Source: Octopus sinensis (taxonomy: Eukaryota). From it: a DNA stretch of 64,000 nt. The notes beneath the pieces were generated by a model that had not been told where the DNA came from, did not search any database, and was given only the letters and a program-made list of their open reading frames with translations. Below are positions 11,600-25,264 of the stretch, one piece after another; the first letter of the stretch is position 1, and every line of letters starts with the position of its first letter. The stretch is taken from contig NC_043003.1 in assembly GCF_006345805.1 (NCBI RefSeq), positions 92,938,001-93,002,000 on the forward strand, read 5' to 3'. The translations under genes were made by a program, and so were the position numbers.

Positions 11600-12480
11600 A
11601 TATACTTCCCGATCGCCATTGCTATAATCATTTTAACGTTTGTTTTGTCACGTACGCACGAGTGATTTTTTGTTATCTCCTTCGCCTGGTACAACTTCTT
11701 GAGATCAGTCTTTGTTATATCGTCCTATATCTTCCAGCCACTTTGAGTGTTCGGCATTTCTTTATACAATTGTTATCTTCCATGTGAGACAGTCTTCTCT
11801 TTTAAACACTATATTTTACATATTAACTTCTCGATTAATCTTGGAGGATTATGACAAACAGAAAGGAGTACAGGTTTTAGGCGGCTAGCTGGCAGAAACG
11901 TTAGCACGCCGGGCGAAATGTTTAGCGGTATTTTATCTGCCGCTACGTTCTGAGTTCAAATTCCGCCGAGGTCGACTTTGCCTTTCATTCTTTCAGGGTC
12001 GATTAAATAAGTACCAGTTACGCTCTGAAGTCGATATAATCGACTTAATCCGTTTGTCTGTCCTTGTTTGTCCTCTCTGTGTAGCCCCTTGTGGACAGTA
12101 AAGAAATAAGAAAGGAGTTCAGGTTTAGGCCCTGATTGACTCCTAACTGCACGCCAAATTGAGCTATATTTGATTTCGGTTAATTCTCTTCCTAATCAGT
12201 CTTGCTATAACTCTTTCTTTAACTATTCTAACCTGTTACAACAGTTTTATGAGTTTGAATTGCCTCTCTCTGGTGCATCACATTTGAAGCAGTTGACGAT
12301 AAAACTGTTACGCCAATTGTTAGGTCTACCACGTTATTCTACTATCCGCTGGTTAAGCGCACGCCTCGCTGCGTCAGATCTTTAAAGCATCTCAGGGACA
12401 ATTCCTGATGGACCAGCTGTATACTCTTCCTTCATATCTTTAGGTTGCGCCTGTACCATACTGTCCACGAAGAGAAGTTT
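11600..12480 (-). mobile_element. Old, heavily deleted RTE-clade LINE
   Basis: Minus-strand fragments AGPSGIVPEML and IARLIRKR parallel the better-preserved RTE at 20740-23604; MEDNNCIKKCRTLKVAG fits the RTE C-terminus. Interrupted by a SINE at 11880. Confidence 0.65.
11880..12110 (+). mobile_element. tRNA-derived SINE family A (octopus OK/OR-like)
   Basis: GCTGGCAGAAACGTTAGCACGCCGGGCGAAATG...GAGTTCAAATTCCGCCGAGGTCGACTTTGCCTTTCAT...GTAAAGAAATAAG. About 21-bp degenerate TSD AGAAAGGAGT(A/T)CAGGTTT. Confidence 0.9.
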
Positions 12481-12914
12481 CTCCCTCTTCCCATTCTTTT
12501 CCTATCTTTCTCTTTTTCTCTCTCTTCCTCTCTCACTCTGTCTCTCTCCTCTTCCTCCTCTCTCGCTCAAATGCATTCCCTTCATTCAAGATTTCGTAAT
12601 ACTTCTTCTATGCCTCTTGTTTTTCTACGTAATCATTCTACCCTGAATGATAACATACACACTGCTACTCAGAATATTAGCAAAACCATTCACTTTCGGC
12701 GTCTCTTTTTCACTGAATTATACCTAACGTCTAGCTACTTGATATTGCTCTATCCTTTGCTGTTCCTTTTCTTCAAGCTATCTAGGCCCTTCTCATGTCT
12801 TTTATGTTTCTATCTACCGTATCATTCCATCACCATGCCACCTTCCATTTGGCTGGGACGTTGAAAAGTGGCTTGGTGCTGGACTAGAGCAATAGAAAGT
12901 GCCATACCAGCCGA

Positions 12915-13145
12915 GAGGCGTGCTGGCAGAAACGTTAGCACGCCGGGCGAAATGCGCAGCCGTATTTCGTCTGCCGTTACGTTCTGAGTTCAAATTCCGC
13001 CGAGGTCGACTTTACTTTTCATCCTTTCGGGGTCGATAAATTAAGTATCAGTTACGCACTGGGGTCGATGTAATCGAGTTAATCCGTTTGTCTGTCCTTG
13101 TTTGTCCTCTCTGTGTTAAGCCCCTTGTGGGTAGTAAAGAAATAG
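12915..13145 (+). mobile_element. SINE family A, full copy
   Basis: Same consensus as 11880-12110. Confidence 0.9.
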
Positions 13146-15325
13146 GTTTGGGCCTGGCTAGACTGGAAGAAAGGGGCAATAATAATGGCACTGTCAGGTA
13201 TATATCTACGCATGCATGCGCGCGTGACGGTATAAAATACTATCGTCCGTTATCAGAATAATACACTAATAAATTAAAAAATAAAGATTATTGTCAGAAA
13301 AGATAAAATCTGCTATCAGTAAGAAAGGTCGGATGTCCTTAATATTTGATAGGCAACGGGGTTTTAAGAAAAACATGACAAAAAAGGTGGACATGTCTAA
13401 AAATGTGAGAAGGATATTGTTCGTGTTATCGACGCTCGTTATCTAGGAATGACAAACATATTTATTGCCGTCTAGGCCGATCTAATCCTGTTGCTAAGCA
13501 CAAAACTGAAACCTAGTCAACGAAAGCTCAATCTTCAACAGGAAACGTCAACTAAAAAAAAAAACCTTTGAAAAACATCTTATAAAGGCAAAATTCACGC
13601 CAGAAAATAATTCCGAATTTTCAGTTAATATCTTGCAAGGAACGCTGGATTAACCATTAATCAAAATAAGCACGTGCTTAGGGCATCAAAGGAAGTGGGG
13701 ATACCACAGAAATGGTAAATTGTTTACGGCACAAAAGAAATCAGTTTAAACTTACTAAAATAATATTCGAGGTAGTGTATATAATCGGATATATAATTTC
13801 AAAGTGTTCATGGTGTCATAGTGAGGATTTGATCGAAGACTTTACAATTAAAAAAAAGTAACTTTTGAAATATAAAATGGAAGCATAAAAAGATAAAATA
13901 AACATTTTCTCCCATCTTACTCTTAGTTTTGTATCATTTTGAAGAAAAAAAAAATTATGGCTTATTATTGTTTAGATTTTGAATTACATATATATGGTAG
14001 CACCAAAATATTTTAAATACTTAGGGCCTCAATGGGTCTTAGTCCGGCTCTGCTTGTAGGTATAGCAGGCGTGTGATTAGGGAAGAAACATACAGTAGAG
14101 ACAGCTGCAATTATTTAGATCTGAGATGAAATTCAAAGGCTCACAGTCTTTCAAAATAAACACAGACATGAACTGCAAGACAGAAAATTTGATATAGTGC
14201 TTAATATGTCCCAACAAAGGAATTTACATTGGTAAGACCTGAAATTCTTTTTATGAATGTGTCAAAATATACAAACAGCAAATACAACCAGAACTAGGGA
14301 AAATCACAAAGAGTGAACTTTAGAAATTTTCAGGAGTAGCGAATTAGGGATACTTCCTGTTTATAGACAATGTTTATAAAGAGGAAATATTCGCTTTATA
14401 AACAACCTCGATACCAGTAAGAAATGGAAAAGCGTTTTGTAAAATTTTTCTCTGACACTAAGCACATAACGGCTCAAGGTTTAACGTTACTGAAGAATAA
14501 AATAACAAGGTCTTTGATGGAAGATAATGCTAGATTCGAACAAAAATTAGTTTTCTATTATAAATTATTTCTTTTTAACTTACTTTTACCGACAGAAATC
14601 TTATATTAATAAACAATATTACAGTTTTTTTTGTCTTTCTAACAGTAAGCTACTAATGCAAGTGATATGAGGTTGGAGAAGCTTATAATGAAATTAAAGG
14701 TTTAGATGCCTGTGGAGTATCTCCTTCTCCCATTATAATTGTTTTGTAGTTTCAAGGAGTTGGAAAGGGTCGCCGATTTGTGACGTCCGTGCGAAGCGAC
14801 GTAATGAGAATGGCTCCTTAGTACATCACACGGTCGATACAATAAACATAAATAGAATAATGCATATATGTGCCAGAGGGAAATAAGTTACATTACCGGG
14901 TAGAATGTTTAAGAGAAGATTTATTGATATGTTAACATGTGTGATTGTGTGTACGTCATATATACAGAATAATAGACAGGCCGTCATAAGAATAAGATGT
15001 ATGTGTGTGTATGTAGGCATAGATGTATGCACGTTAAGAACATGCAAGGATGGCGAAAAAGTCTATAGCCATCGAAGTAAGGAGTAACTCAGAAACCTGG
15101 GTCCGTGTGTATCACATCAGGTCGACGATGAGAAGGATGGCTTCCCTTTGCAAATAGTGATAGGGCACAGAAAGTGTGTCAATGGCCAGCTGGAGGAGGT
15201 GTCCTCATGGGGCTACAATCTACAGTAGCATCCACCCTTCGGGGTTAGCCACATTTAAGTGGCAAATATACTTCACGATGTCGTGCAGCTACTGCTTATA
15301 CCGCGCTCAGAGATTTATTATTGCT

Positions 15326-15359
<34 letters not shown>

Positions 15360-15679
15360 AGTGTGTGTGTGTGTGTGTGTGTGACTTAGTAAATTTGTCG
15401 CTGTTTAGTTACGTATTTAGGAGTGGTTGTAATTTACTTATTGAATTTATTTATCGATCCGGTTGTACATAGGGTAAATGTGTTTTAAAGTTGTGGTTTC
15501 TTTGGTTTATTTGTTCCCAACCAACACTTATTTTAGTGCTGTTGACCCCACCGGATTGAATGGCACTGCCCAGGTGTCGAACCATAATGATATCCGTGGG
15601 GCAGCTGATGATAGAGGCATGTTGGATTGTTGGTATGGCTGTGGAATAGTATTATAACACATCCTTTTGATATATATAT

Positions 15680-15880
15680 ATTACGGAGATGTACTTGCAT
15701 AGAAAGTGACCTGATCTGAGATCGTATGCTGAAACGAAAACAATTGCAGCGTGGAAGGTGTTTATTAGCCATTTAAGAAACACACAAAAACCGTTAGATT
15801 CACTTCAACATTTAAATTTAATTTGTCAAAATATTTTCGTTGCTTTGAGACCGCGACCTGTTCACTGACAAAATTCCGCT
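15680..15880 (-). mobile_element. Short Penelope-like repeat with a hammerhead-like fold lacking the canonical CUGANGA core (15822-15872)
   Basis: UUUGUCA-GUGAACAG-GUCGC...GCAAC-GAAA-AUAUUU-UGACAAA: 7-bp stem I and palindromic AAUAUU. Confidence 0.35.
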
Positions 15881-15882
15881 GT

Positions 15883-15921
<39 letters not shown>

Positions 15922-16179
15922 TCACTCTTTATATATATATATATATATATTTCTTTCCTGAGCGTCCAATAATACTTTATTTGTTCCACATCCTTGCGTT
16001 GTTGTCTTTTTGTTTTCTTGTTTGGATTAACTTTATATATATATATAAAATTGTTTTCCTTCTTTGACAGTCACTCTAACAATATTAACTGTGAACATCC
16101 TTTAGATCTTACGGTGTTTTATTTTTGATTTTGATTTTTTGAGGAATTTGATTTTCTGTGTGAAAGTGTGTGACAAAGG

Positions 16180-16248
<69 letters not shown>

Positions 16249-17553
16249 TGTGTGTGCATGTTTAGATGTAAGCTTCTTAAATCCTGTGATGTTACTGATC
16301 TATCGCAACAGCCGTTTCGAATGCGAGGAGGAGATGAAACAAGTTGACGTAAAGAGTTGAGAATAGCGAAGGATTCGCCTTCTGCACTGGCAGCTTCGGT
16401 GTGGGCATTGCCATTTTAAGGCATGAGTTTTGAACCCCAGTTCTAATCTATTTGTGCTGGGTTTCCTGTCAATAAATAAATAAATAAATACTAAAGGGCA
16501 AAGTGCATTGATTTTCCTGATGGCCTTTAATACTAAGCCATCCTTTGAGCTGAGAGTATAAAATGTCGGAAGACATGCCGCTAAGCATTGTATCCGGAGT
16601 GGTAAAGATTCTACCAGCTCACGAGTGTGTGTGTGTGTGTGTGTGCGTATGTGTGTGCATATGTGTGTGTGTGTATGTGTGTATGTATGCATATATGTAT
16701 GTTTTATTTATATATGTGTGTGTGCGTGCGTGCATACGTGTGTCTGTGTGTGTGTTTGTGTATGAATATGTGTGTGTGCATGTACAAGTAAGCCTTTATT
16801 TGCAGTTTTTCCAATGGGAAAGTGCAATAAAATAAGAAAATGAAACGTCTTTTGAAAATTTTTTCAAGATAAGACGAAAGTCAAAGAGTTTTCTTGGAAG
16901 AAATTCTACCGATAACTGAAAATGCTTTCTAAGAAAGAAGTGTTTTCGTCATAACAGCTGAATGCTATAAATAATAAGTTCGCAAACTATAAAGTCACAG
17001 TTCCACCCTGCCAGTTCCACTCACTTCAGTATTAATGAGATGACAAGTGAAACACTTTCCTTTGGGTGGTATTCTTTTACTGCAGGTCATGATTGCTTAG
17101 TACATAACTGCGGTGGTGTGTATTTCTGCTAATATATATAAAACTTGAAATGGAAATTCTGTGAGTAATTTTGATATACTAAATAGATATGGTGTTACAA
17201 TACCTCAAAGAAAAACTATGGAATCACTTATTTTTAATGAAAATGGTTGAACAAACGCAGTAGAGAGCGAGTGAGTGAGAGAGAGGGGGAAGAAAGAGGG
17301 AGAGAGAATGTGTGTGTGTGCGTGCGTGTGTGCATGTGTATTGCAAAGAAAGTGAAAGTGTACTGGAAAAAGACGAAAATGTATTAAATGAAATAATAAG
17401 ATAAGGGAGTAAAATGAGAGGATGAGAAGAGACAAAGCCCAAACGGAGAAAAACATTGAAAGAAAAAAAGATGAGCTTAAGAATGAGAAAGAAAAAGTTA
17501 TAAGAATATAGAAATAGAAAGATTGATAGGAATAGAGGCGATAAAAAAGAAGA

Positions 17554-17584
<31 letters not shown>

Positions 17585-17585
17585 G

Positions 17586-17623
<38 letters not shown>

Positions 17624-19204
17624 AAAATAGACAGACAGACTGAGTTGCAAGGAAACGTTAGAAAGAAAGGGATACAAATGTAAGATGTTAAAAAACGCAT
17701 GTCGCAGTGAATAGATATTAGTTTTCGGATTAGCGTGTAATTGAAATCTTCAATAATAAAAGAAGTCTAAAAACCACATTTTGATAAAAAAAAATATAAT
17801 AAAATTAGAACTTAAAAAATTTTTTGTTGACAGTACAGACTATTAATTGATTTCTTTTAGTAAAAGTTACACACTCACAGCTAATTAATAAGAAGCATTC
17901 TTTATTATAAGTACAGTAGAAAGTGTAGAAAGTTCAAGGCCATATTGGTTTTATTAAACATGGCTATTTGTCCATCCTTTGTCATCTCCAAAGCTCTTCT
18001 CCCCGCCGACGGGAGTTTGATCCTGCTATGAGAGACACTGCGATAAAGCATCTAATGTGATAATTCTCAGCATTTAAGCTGGAATCGCCAAAATTACATT
18101 CATAATTAATGTGAGTAAAATCATGGCGATTAAGCAGTGGTGTATCGAATGTTAAAGAAGAGGGCAATTAACAGGAAATATACGCGAGTCAATGACTTCT
18201 ATGCATAATTGAAGCTTTGTTCATTGCATTTGGCTGTATCCGCATTCTGAAAAGGATGTGAAGTTCACAGAATACATTCATTCTGCAGTGTATTATTTGT
18301 GGCGGTGTATGAAAAGAGTTTGTTGAAAGAAATTGTCACGGCAAACAGTCATATTTTTCCAAATCAGTCTTATTTTTGTGCGACTCATTAATCTTCTGCA
18401 TAATTAGGCATATGAGGTAGCATGCATCAATGCAATGACATTTTAATGTAAACCGGTATTAGAGGCTGCAGTGAATTTGATAAAAAAAATGAATAATGCC
18501 ATAATATAACCACAGTATTTTATTCAAAATATAATTCCAGTTTGTGGTGTTAGTGTCAGTTGAAAACGATGTGAGCGCATTTGTCATACATGCGCATAAT
18601 GCAGGCCATTTTGTGAAAACTCATTCGATTTTGTTGAGTAATAAACACACAATTTAGTTTTGATGAAAAATCTGTTAGTATTTTACCAAAGAAATTAATG
18701 AAAGGATCTTTACAAACATTGAATTCTGAGTTTAAAAAAAACTCAGAATTATATTTTCAAAAATTATTTTTTCGAGAATTATATTTTCAAAATATAATTT
18801 CTTGAATTCATTCTTTTCTAAAATAATCTAGATTTGTCTCCGTTAAATATTAGTTACTCAGCCTATTCTTCTTTCCCAAATATTTTCATTTAAAAAAATC
18901 ATTCTTTGTTGCAGCTTCTTAATCAACAATGGCTGATTTCATACAAGTAATTACGTAGATTAAACAACAAAATTCTGCTTCAAACCAAACCCATCTCGCA
19001 TTGAATTTCTCTTCAGTAATACACTCAAAGATGTTTAAATTTATTGCCTTTGGAAAGAGGACAACGTTTATGATTGCAATCTTCAATTCATACACAAAAA
19101 CAGACGTTCCATTTACATCATGTAATGTCGGCCATGGTTGAAATGAGCTTTAATTCTACAACAAGCCTCGATGGTTTCCTGGAATCTTCCTAAAAACATG
19201 CTTC

Positions 19205-19384
19205 TTGGCTTTTATTTTTTACTTGTATCAGCCAAAAAGAACTTTTTTTCAAGTTGAACGAATCGACCCCAGTACTAACTTTTTTTGAAAAGCTTGGTGC
19301 TTATTCTATAGGTTTCATTTGCCAAACCGCGAAGTTATAGGGACGTAAACATACTCTCAACAACGGTTCTTAGCGGTGGTGGAG

Positions 19385-19385
<1 letters not shown>
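19205..19385 (-). mobile_element. SINE family B fragment
   Basis: AATCGACCCCAGTACT...GCCAAACCGCGAAGTTATAGGGACGTAAAC. Confidence 0.7.
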
Positions 19386-19431
<46 letters not shown>

Positions 19432-20739
19432 ACATTGTGTGCTTTACGGATGCAAACCCGCTGATCACTGTGTGACTGCGCATATATTCAACTTTATTAA
19501 ATTAACACGTGGCATTTTCTTTAACGCCACCACAGAATTTAGGATGTATATATTACTCATGAGGAATTCTATATTTTTCAGCAAGAATGTAGTTGGGTCT
19601 CAAGGGAGTGGTACAAACATAGCAACATGTGTTTTATAGCGAAAACAAAATTTCCATTTAAATGGCAGTCACCGGGCGATTTTCTATTCGAGTCTAACCG
19701 TTTTAAACGGTGGTGGAAACGCGACCTATTTACGTCAATGGAGGTAATTGATTGGTTAAAATTGCCGAAATACAAGAAATTTTAGACGAAATATGTTACA
19801 ACCTATAGAATTTTCTCAATAAAGCCAAGAGAAAATGATGTTTTATAAACACATTCTACCAGTATACGAAGTATAAAACTTTTTAGTTACCTAGAAATTA
19901 TGTTACAAAGTGCCGTTCAAAAGGAAAAGATCCTCACATAGTTATATAGCAAATTTTATAACTCTGTAGCCATGTTTATGCCTATATCACTAGCTGATTT
20001 TTTGTTTAATCTATAACTCAGAGTGGCGGCGGCGGGCAGCTACTATACTTTGTGTACTGGGACTATGTGTTCAAGTCTAACCATATCAGCTTTTCTCTGT
20101 TATGAAAATAACGATGCAATATAGTGTATTGAGATTTGTGAAAGTTTTACTAATATTTCCTTCTAAGAGAGAACATTCCAGATCCCCACCCAAATACGCC
20201 TCCTAATCTTGATTTCCTAATCTTGGTTGATGACACCTTTGCACTTCTCAGGCGATAACCCTCTAACCCAACCTGTCCACCGGGATATTCTCCATTAGGC
20301 AGATGGGGCTACTGACAGCTTTGCCTCAGCTGGTTCATACGATGTGCTTTATAGGCAGTCAAGGTACTGCCTCATAGGAGAGAATTTGATGGGTTTGTTT
20401 GAGAATCTGCTATTGGTGAGAGTTTTACAGGTTTAGAGTACAAATCCTACATCAGTCTCATTTAGTCACCTTTAATGACACGAAGGGAGAATGTTTGGTC
20501 TATTCTTTAACATGTTGGTGTCAATGTTGTTGAATATTTCGCTTATCTCAGCAATGTGAACCATAGCAGCATTAGTTGTGAGTCTGAAATCTTAAAAAGA
20601 CTTGAATATGCTGGTGTAATTGTGAACGTCTTGGACAAGGGTGTTTGGCACTGCAGTTATCTGAGGGGGAGTACAAAAGTTTGAATCTTCAGATCTCTGA
20701 TTGTCCTTGTCATACTATATAGTTGTAAGACTTGGACAC

Positions 20740-23604
20740 TTGGAAGCCTCCACCAGCACAGGATCCAGTCAAGGCGGGGTTGGCATCAGCCACGTTCGGA
20801 TGGTGCTTTTTACGTGCCACCGGCACAGGAGCCAGTCGGGGCGAGGGGGCTGGCATCGACTACATTCGGATGGTGCTTTTTACATGCCACCGGCACGGGG
20901 ACCACAACTACAATTTCCATTTGATTGTGATTTGATGTACTTGACTCAGTAGGTCTCCCCAAGCACAGCATGTTGCCCTATGACCCAAAGGTACTTTTTG
21001 AGTGGGCTGGTTATGCGATACTGGTGTAGGTTACAGCTGTGATCTCATTTTATTTTATGGGTCTTCTCAGTCACAGCATATCTCCAGAGGTTTCGGTCCT
21101 TCATCATTGCCTCTGTGAGGCTCAACGTTCGAAGGTCATGCTTCACCACCTCATCCCATGTCTTCCTGGGCCTCCCTCTACCCCAGATTCCTTCCACTGT
21201 TTGGGAGTGGCACTTCTTCACACAGCTCTCCTCAATCTATTCGTAGTACATGACCATACCACCAGTAGGAGTAGAAGCTGTCTGAACTTTGCCCAGGCAA
21301 TTCTTATTCTAGTGGTAATGCTCTCTGAGCATCCACCCCCCACTGCAGACTTGGTCACCTAGGTAGCGGAAGCTATCAACTCCTTCTAGAATAACCCCAT
21401 GGCATGTGATGGAATCTGTTTTCTGAGCATCTGTGGTGTATATTGCCCCTGTGCATCTGCCGCACACGAAAGCTATCTTCCCGGTTATGCATCCATAGAT
21501 TACACTCAGTACATCTTATAGAGTTTCTACCTACACCTTTTCTACAGATCAAGCAGGGCCACCTACCTGAAGGAGTGTGTGGTGTGTTTGCCTTCCTACT
21601 TACTAGAACTTTGGTCTTTGCGACATTGATTCTAAGGCCCTTCGACTCTAAATCTTGCTTCCACATCTGAAATTTCTTCTCTAGTTCTGGTAGTGATTCT
21701 GCTATGAGGGCTAGGTCATCAGCACAGAGTAGCTCCCAGAGGCAACCTGTCTTGAATTCCTCTGTTATTGCCCAGAGGACTATGATGAATAAGAGGGGGC
21801 TGAAGGCTGATCCTTGGTGGACCCCTACTTCTGCCCGGAATTATTCACTATACTCATTGCCAACCCTCACCTTACTAACGGCATCTCTGTACAGGGCCAT
21901 TCGTCAATCCTCAGTTTCTGCATCGCCCACCAGGTAAGGGATCAGGCGACTCTGTCAAAGGCTTTCTCCAAGTCCACAAAATCCAAGTATAAGGGTTTAT
22001 CTTCAGTGAGGTATTTCTCCTGCAGTTGCCATACCAGGAATATAGCATCAGTGGTGCTTCTACCCGGCACAAAACTGAACTGCGTCTCATCTAAGCAAAC
22101 TCTCTCTCTAATTATGGGCTATGACCCTCTCCGTGACCTTCATCACCTGATTCAGCAGTTTGATAGCCCTGTAGTTATTTCTATCTAAAGCATCATCTTT
22201 ACCCTTGCAGCAGTTGACTATGGTGCTGCTATTGGGTATGACTTCATCATGAACTACCTGGTTTACAATACGGGTTACTAGGCCATAGCCTATACCACCA
22301 GATGTTTGAAGCATCTCAGGAGTGATTCCTGATGGGCCGGGGGCTTTTCCTGGCTTCATACCCTTAATTGCTTTATCTACCAGGGTGCTGTCTATTCGGA
22401 TAGCTGGTCCCTCTACTGGGTCAACATATGGCAGGCTCTCCTCCTCCCATTCATTTTCCATGTTTAGCAATCTTTCATAATGGCTTCTCCAAGCCTCTTT
22501 CCCAAATCATTAAAAGCAAGTGCACCATCATCCATGCGGACACATTTCTCGCCTGTAACATCACAATTTTCTCTCACACACTGTCTTGCAATCCGAAATA
22601 CTTCAGTTCTTTGGTCCTCACGTCGCTGGACATTGGCAAACTTCTTCTTTTCTGCTTCTCCCTTGGCTATCATCCCTTCTGTTGCCTAGCATCCCTTCTG
22701 GCTATCTGGTACAGTTCCTTGCCAACCCCACTCTTCCAGGCTTTCTCAGGCCTGTTTCTTTGCTCTAATGGCTATGTCTACCATATTATTCCACCACCAC
22801 GTTACTCTAGGTCTGGAATGGACTTTGCACCATCCGCAGACTTGGTCTGTGGCACTCAGTAAGCTGTTGCATAGGAATTTCCTGTTATCCTCTATGTCAG
22901 ATTTCTTGATGAGGATGTCCCTAAATCTCTGATCATGTGAAGAGTTCTTTAGCTTCCAGATCCTCCTTCTTTTCTGGATTGGTTGCTTCTTGGCATCCTT
23001 CTGGCCTCAAGTCTAAAGTCGCTAATGACTAGTCTATGCTGGGGGTACATTCTACCCCCCCCACTCCCGGATGGGTCTTTGTATTTAAGAGCAACCCTGC
23101 GTCCCGCACTCTGGTGAGGATGAAATCAATCTGGCTAGCAGAGTCACCTGATTGGCAGGTTATCATGTGGCTGTTTGAAGTTAGTGTTGCAGATTAAAAG
23201 GTTACATGCATCACAGAATTCCAGTAGCCTAGTTCCCTCTTTACTTTGGGAACCAATACCATGGCCCCTGTGTGAAGATACCGGATTGCCGTCCAACATG
23301 CCCATTAAAATCTCCAACTGCAAAGATGAGGTCATTGCCACTCGTATTTGAGGTAGCCTGTAGAAAGATATCATAAAAATGGTTCTTCTGATCATTTGGT
23401 AGGCCTGCTTGTGGGGCATAGGCAGAAATAATTGTAGCTATACTGTTCTGCAGAACAAGCCTGAGCTTAAGCACTCTATCGCATACCCTGACAACCTCTA
23501 TGACCTTATCAACCCATATCTCCGCAAGGAGTATGCCTACATCCCTTACTCCATCCGTGTTACCTTGCCAGAAGATTTTATAACTATGTGCCTTGCCTGT
23601 GAGG
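20740..23604 (-). mobile_element. Decayed RTE-clade LINE (APE + RT + Cys motif), 5'-truncated and internally deleted
   Basis: APE: ISAYAPQAG, GDFNGHVG, CNTNFK. RT: KAPGPSGITPEML, NYRAIKLL, EKAF, GVHQGS, LLCADD (YADD position). WPCLICRKGVGRNSIRCTECNLW Cys motif. Multiple stops and frameshifts. 3' UTR has repeated TTTTACGTGCCACCGGCAC. Confidence 0.93.
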
Positions 23605-23610
23605 ACCCTA

Positions 23611-23717
23611 GATGAAAAGTAAAGCTGACCTTTTAGGAATTTGAACTCAGAACATAGTGATAGGTAAAATACTACTAGGCATTTTACCCAGTGTGCTAAC
23701 GATTCTGCCAGCTGACC
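23611..23717 (-). mobile_element. SINE family A 5' fragment
   Basis: Reverse complement of GCTGGCAGAATCGTTAGCACACTGGG...GAGTTCAAATTCC. Confidence 0.7.
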
Positions 23718-24325
23718 CCTACCTACTGATAGACATTGCAGTTCCTTCTGACCAAAATACTGCCCAAAAAGAAGTGGAGAAATTGTTTAAGTACAAAGAC
23801 CTTGAAACTGAAATATTCACAATGTGGGGCATGAAGGAGGGAACAATACTAGTAATAATTGGAACATTGGGTATCATTTAAAAAGGTATGAACGAAAATG
23901 TAGAAGCTATACCTGGACTCTCAACACTACACACTATCCAAAAAACAGCCCTGCTTGGAACAGCCCACATCCTATGCAAGATACTTTCAATTCAATAGTA
24001 CAACCCAAATAAAACAATCCACAAACTCAAGACACACTCTATGCATTAAATATCCAATAAAATAAACAAACCCCACATGTACTCTACAAGCTGGATACCC
24101 AGATGAAGAACACAACTCATATTATAAAGACACCACACAATAGAGACACTGATACAACAAAAGACTACAACCGGACCTGAGAACAACACAAACTGAGCTT
24201 GAACTCCCTCAACAACAAAAAAGAGCACACAATGTTGTACATGCTTCATTAATGCAGAGGTGTAGCAGGTGATGCAGTAGGAATTTGCCTGAAGTTATCA
24301 AGTGTCGAATAATAGTAATAATATG
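23718..24325 (+). mobile_element. R4/Dong-like LINE 3' end (REL endonuclease C-terminus plus 3' UTR with AAT-type tail)
   Basis: LLIDIAVPSDQN..KEVEKLFKYKDLETEI..MWG...IIGTLG...IQKTALLGTAHIL. Confidence 0.8.
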
Positions 24326-24391
24326 CAATACCAGGCAGTGGCTCTCATGGCTTTTGATCTTAACTGATTGGAAGTGGTATCATGTACATTG

Positions 24392-24585
24392 TTGGCAGAA
24401 GCGTTAGCGTGCCGGGTGAAATACTAAGTGGCTGAGTTCAAATTCTGCCGAGGTCGGCTTTGCCTTTCATCCTTTCGGGGTCGATAAATAAAGTACCAGT
24501 TAAGCAATGGGGTCGATGTAATCGACTTAATCCATTTGTTTGTCCCCTCTATGTTTAGCCCCTTGTGGGTAATAAAGAAATAGGT
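24392..24585 (+). mobile_element. SINE family A, internally deleted
   Basis: GGCAGAAGCGTTAGCGTGCCGGG...CTGAGTTCAAATTCTGCCGAGGTC...AATAAAGAAATAGG. Confidence 0.85.
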
Positions 24586-24599
24586 ATAAAAGATGGCTA

Positions 24600-24807
24600 C
24601 AATGAATATTCTGCTCAATACCACAAATTTGCTTGTCAGTTACTTGACCTTAACCAGTTGAACATTATTATTATTATTATTATTAGTAGTAGTAGTAGTA
24701 GTAGCAGCATTGTTGTAGTTGTTGTTGTTGTTGTTGTTCTTGTAGATGTAGTTGCTGTAAGCAGCAGCGGCGGTGTATACAAGCACTGTATACAATAATT
24801 CATTATG

Positions 24808-24845
<38 letters not shown>

Positions 24846-25262
24846 CATTATTGGTGGCTGACAATATGGGCATCTCTGATCATGAGCCGAAGTGGTGTGG
24901 GAGTGAGCATCATAGCCATGTGTTGAGAGGAATTCTTTGGGATTTGAATAATTCAGCTCTGGAAACATGGGTGTTTTGTTCATCATCTTTAAACAAACCA
25001 TATTCAAAGATTTTGAGTGGGGTGGGATACTCAACCAGAAGAAAATTCTAACTGGGCCCCACCTGCAAGGTCATGTGCTGTTTATCTTGATATGAGATCA
25101 CTATGTTGTGCACATATGGTCGTGATGCATGTGCCTAGTGTACCCTTATCAGACGGGTAGTCATGATGGGTATACTGGGCTTCATACAATTGTACCCTAG
25201 TGTCACTTTGATGGCATGCACTGCTCTCTCACTCAATAATGATAATAATAATAATAGTAATT
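24600..25262 (+). mobile_element. 3' end of an (AAT)n-tailed retroelement family, split by a trinucleotide microsatellite (24665-24850)
   Basis: The same sequence recurs at 56820-56985 and 63410-63540 and ends in CTCTCTCACTCAATAAT. The microsatellite block contains GCACTGTATACAATAATT, the CR1-type tail seen at 48355-48390. Confidence 0.7.
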
Positions 25263-25264
25263 TA

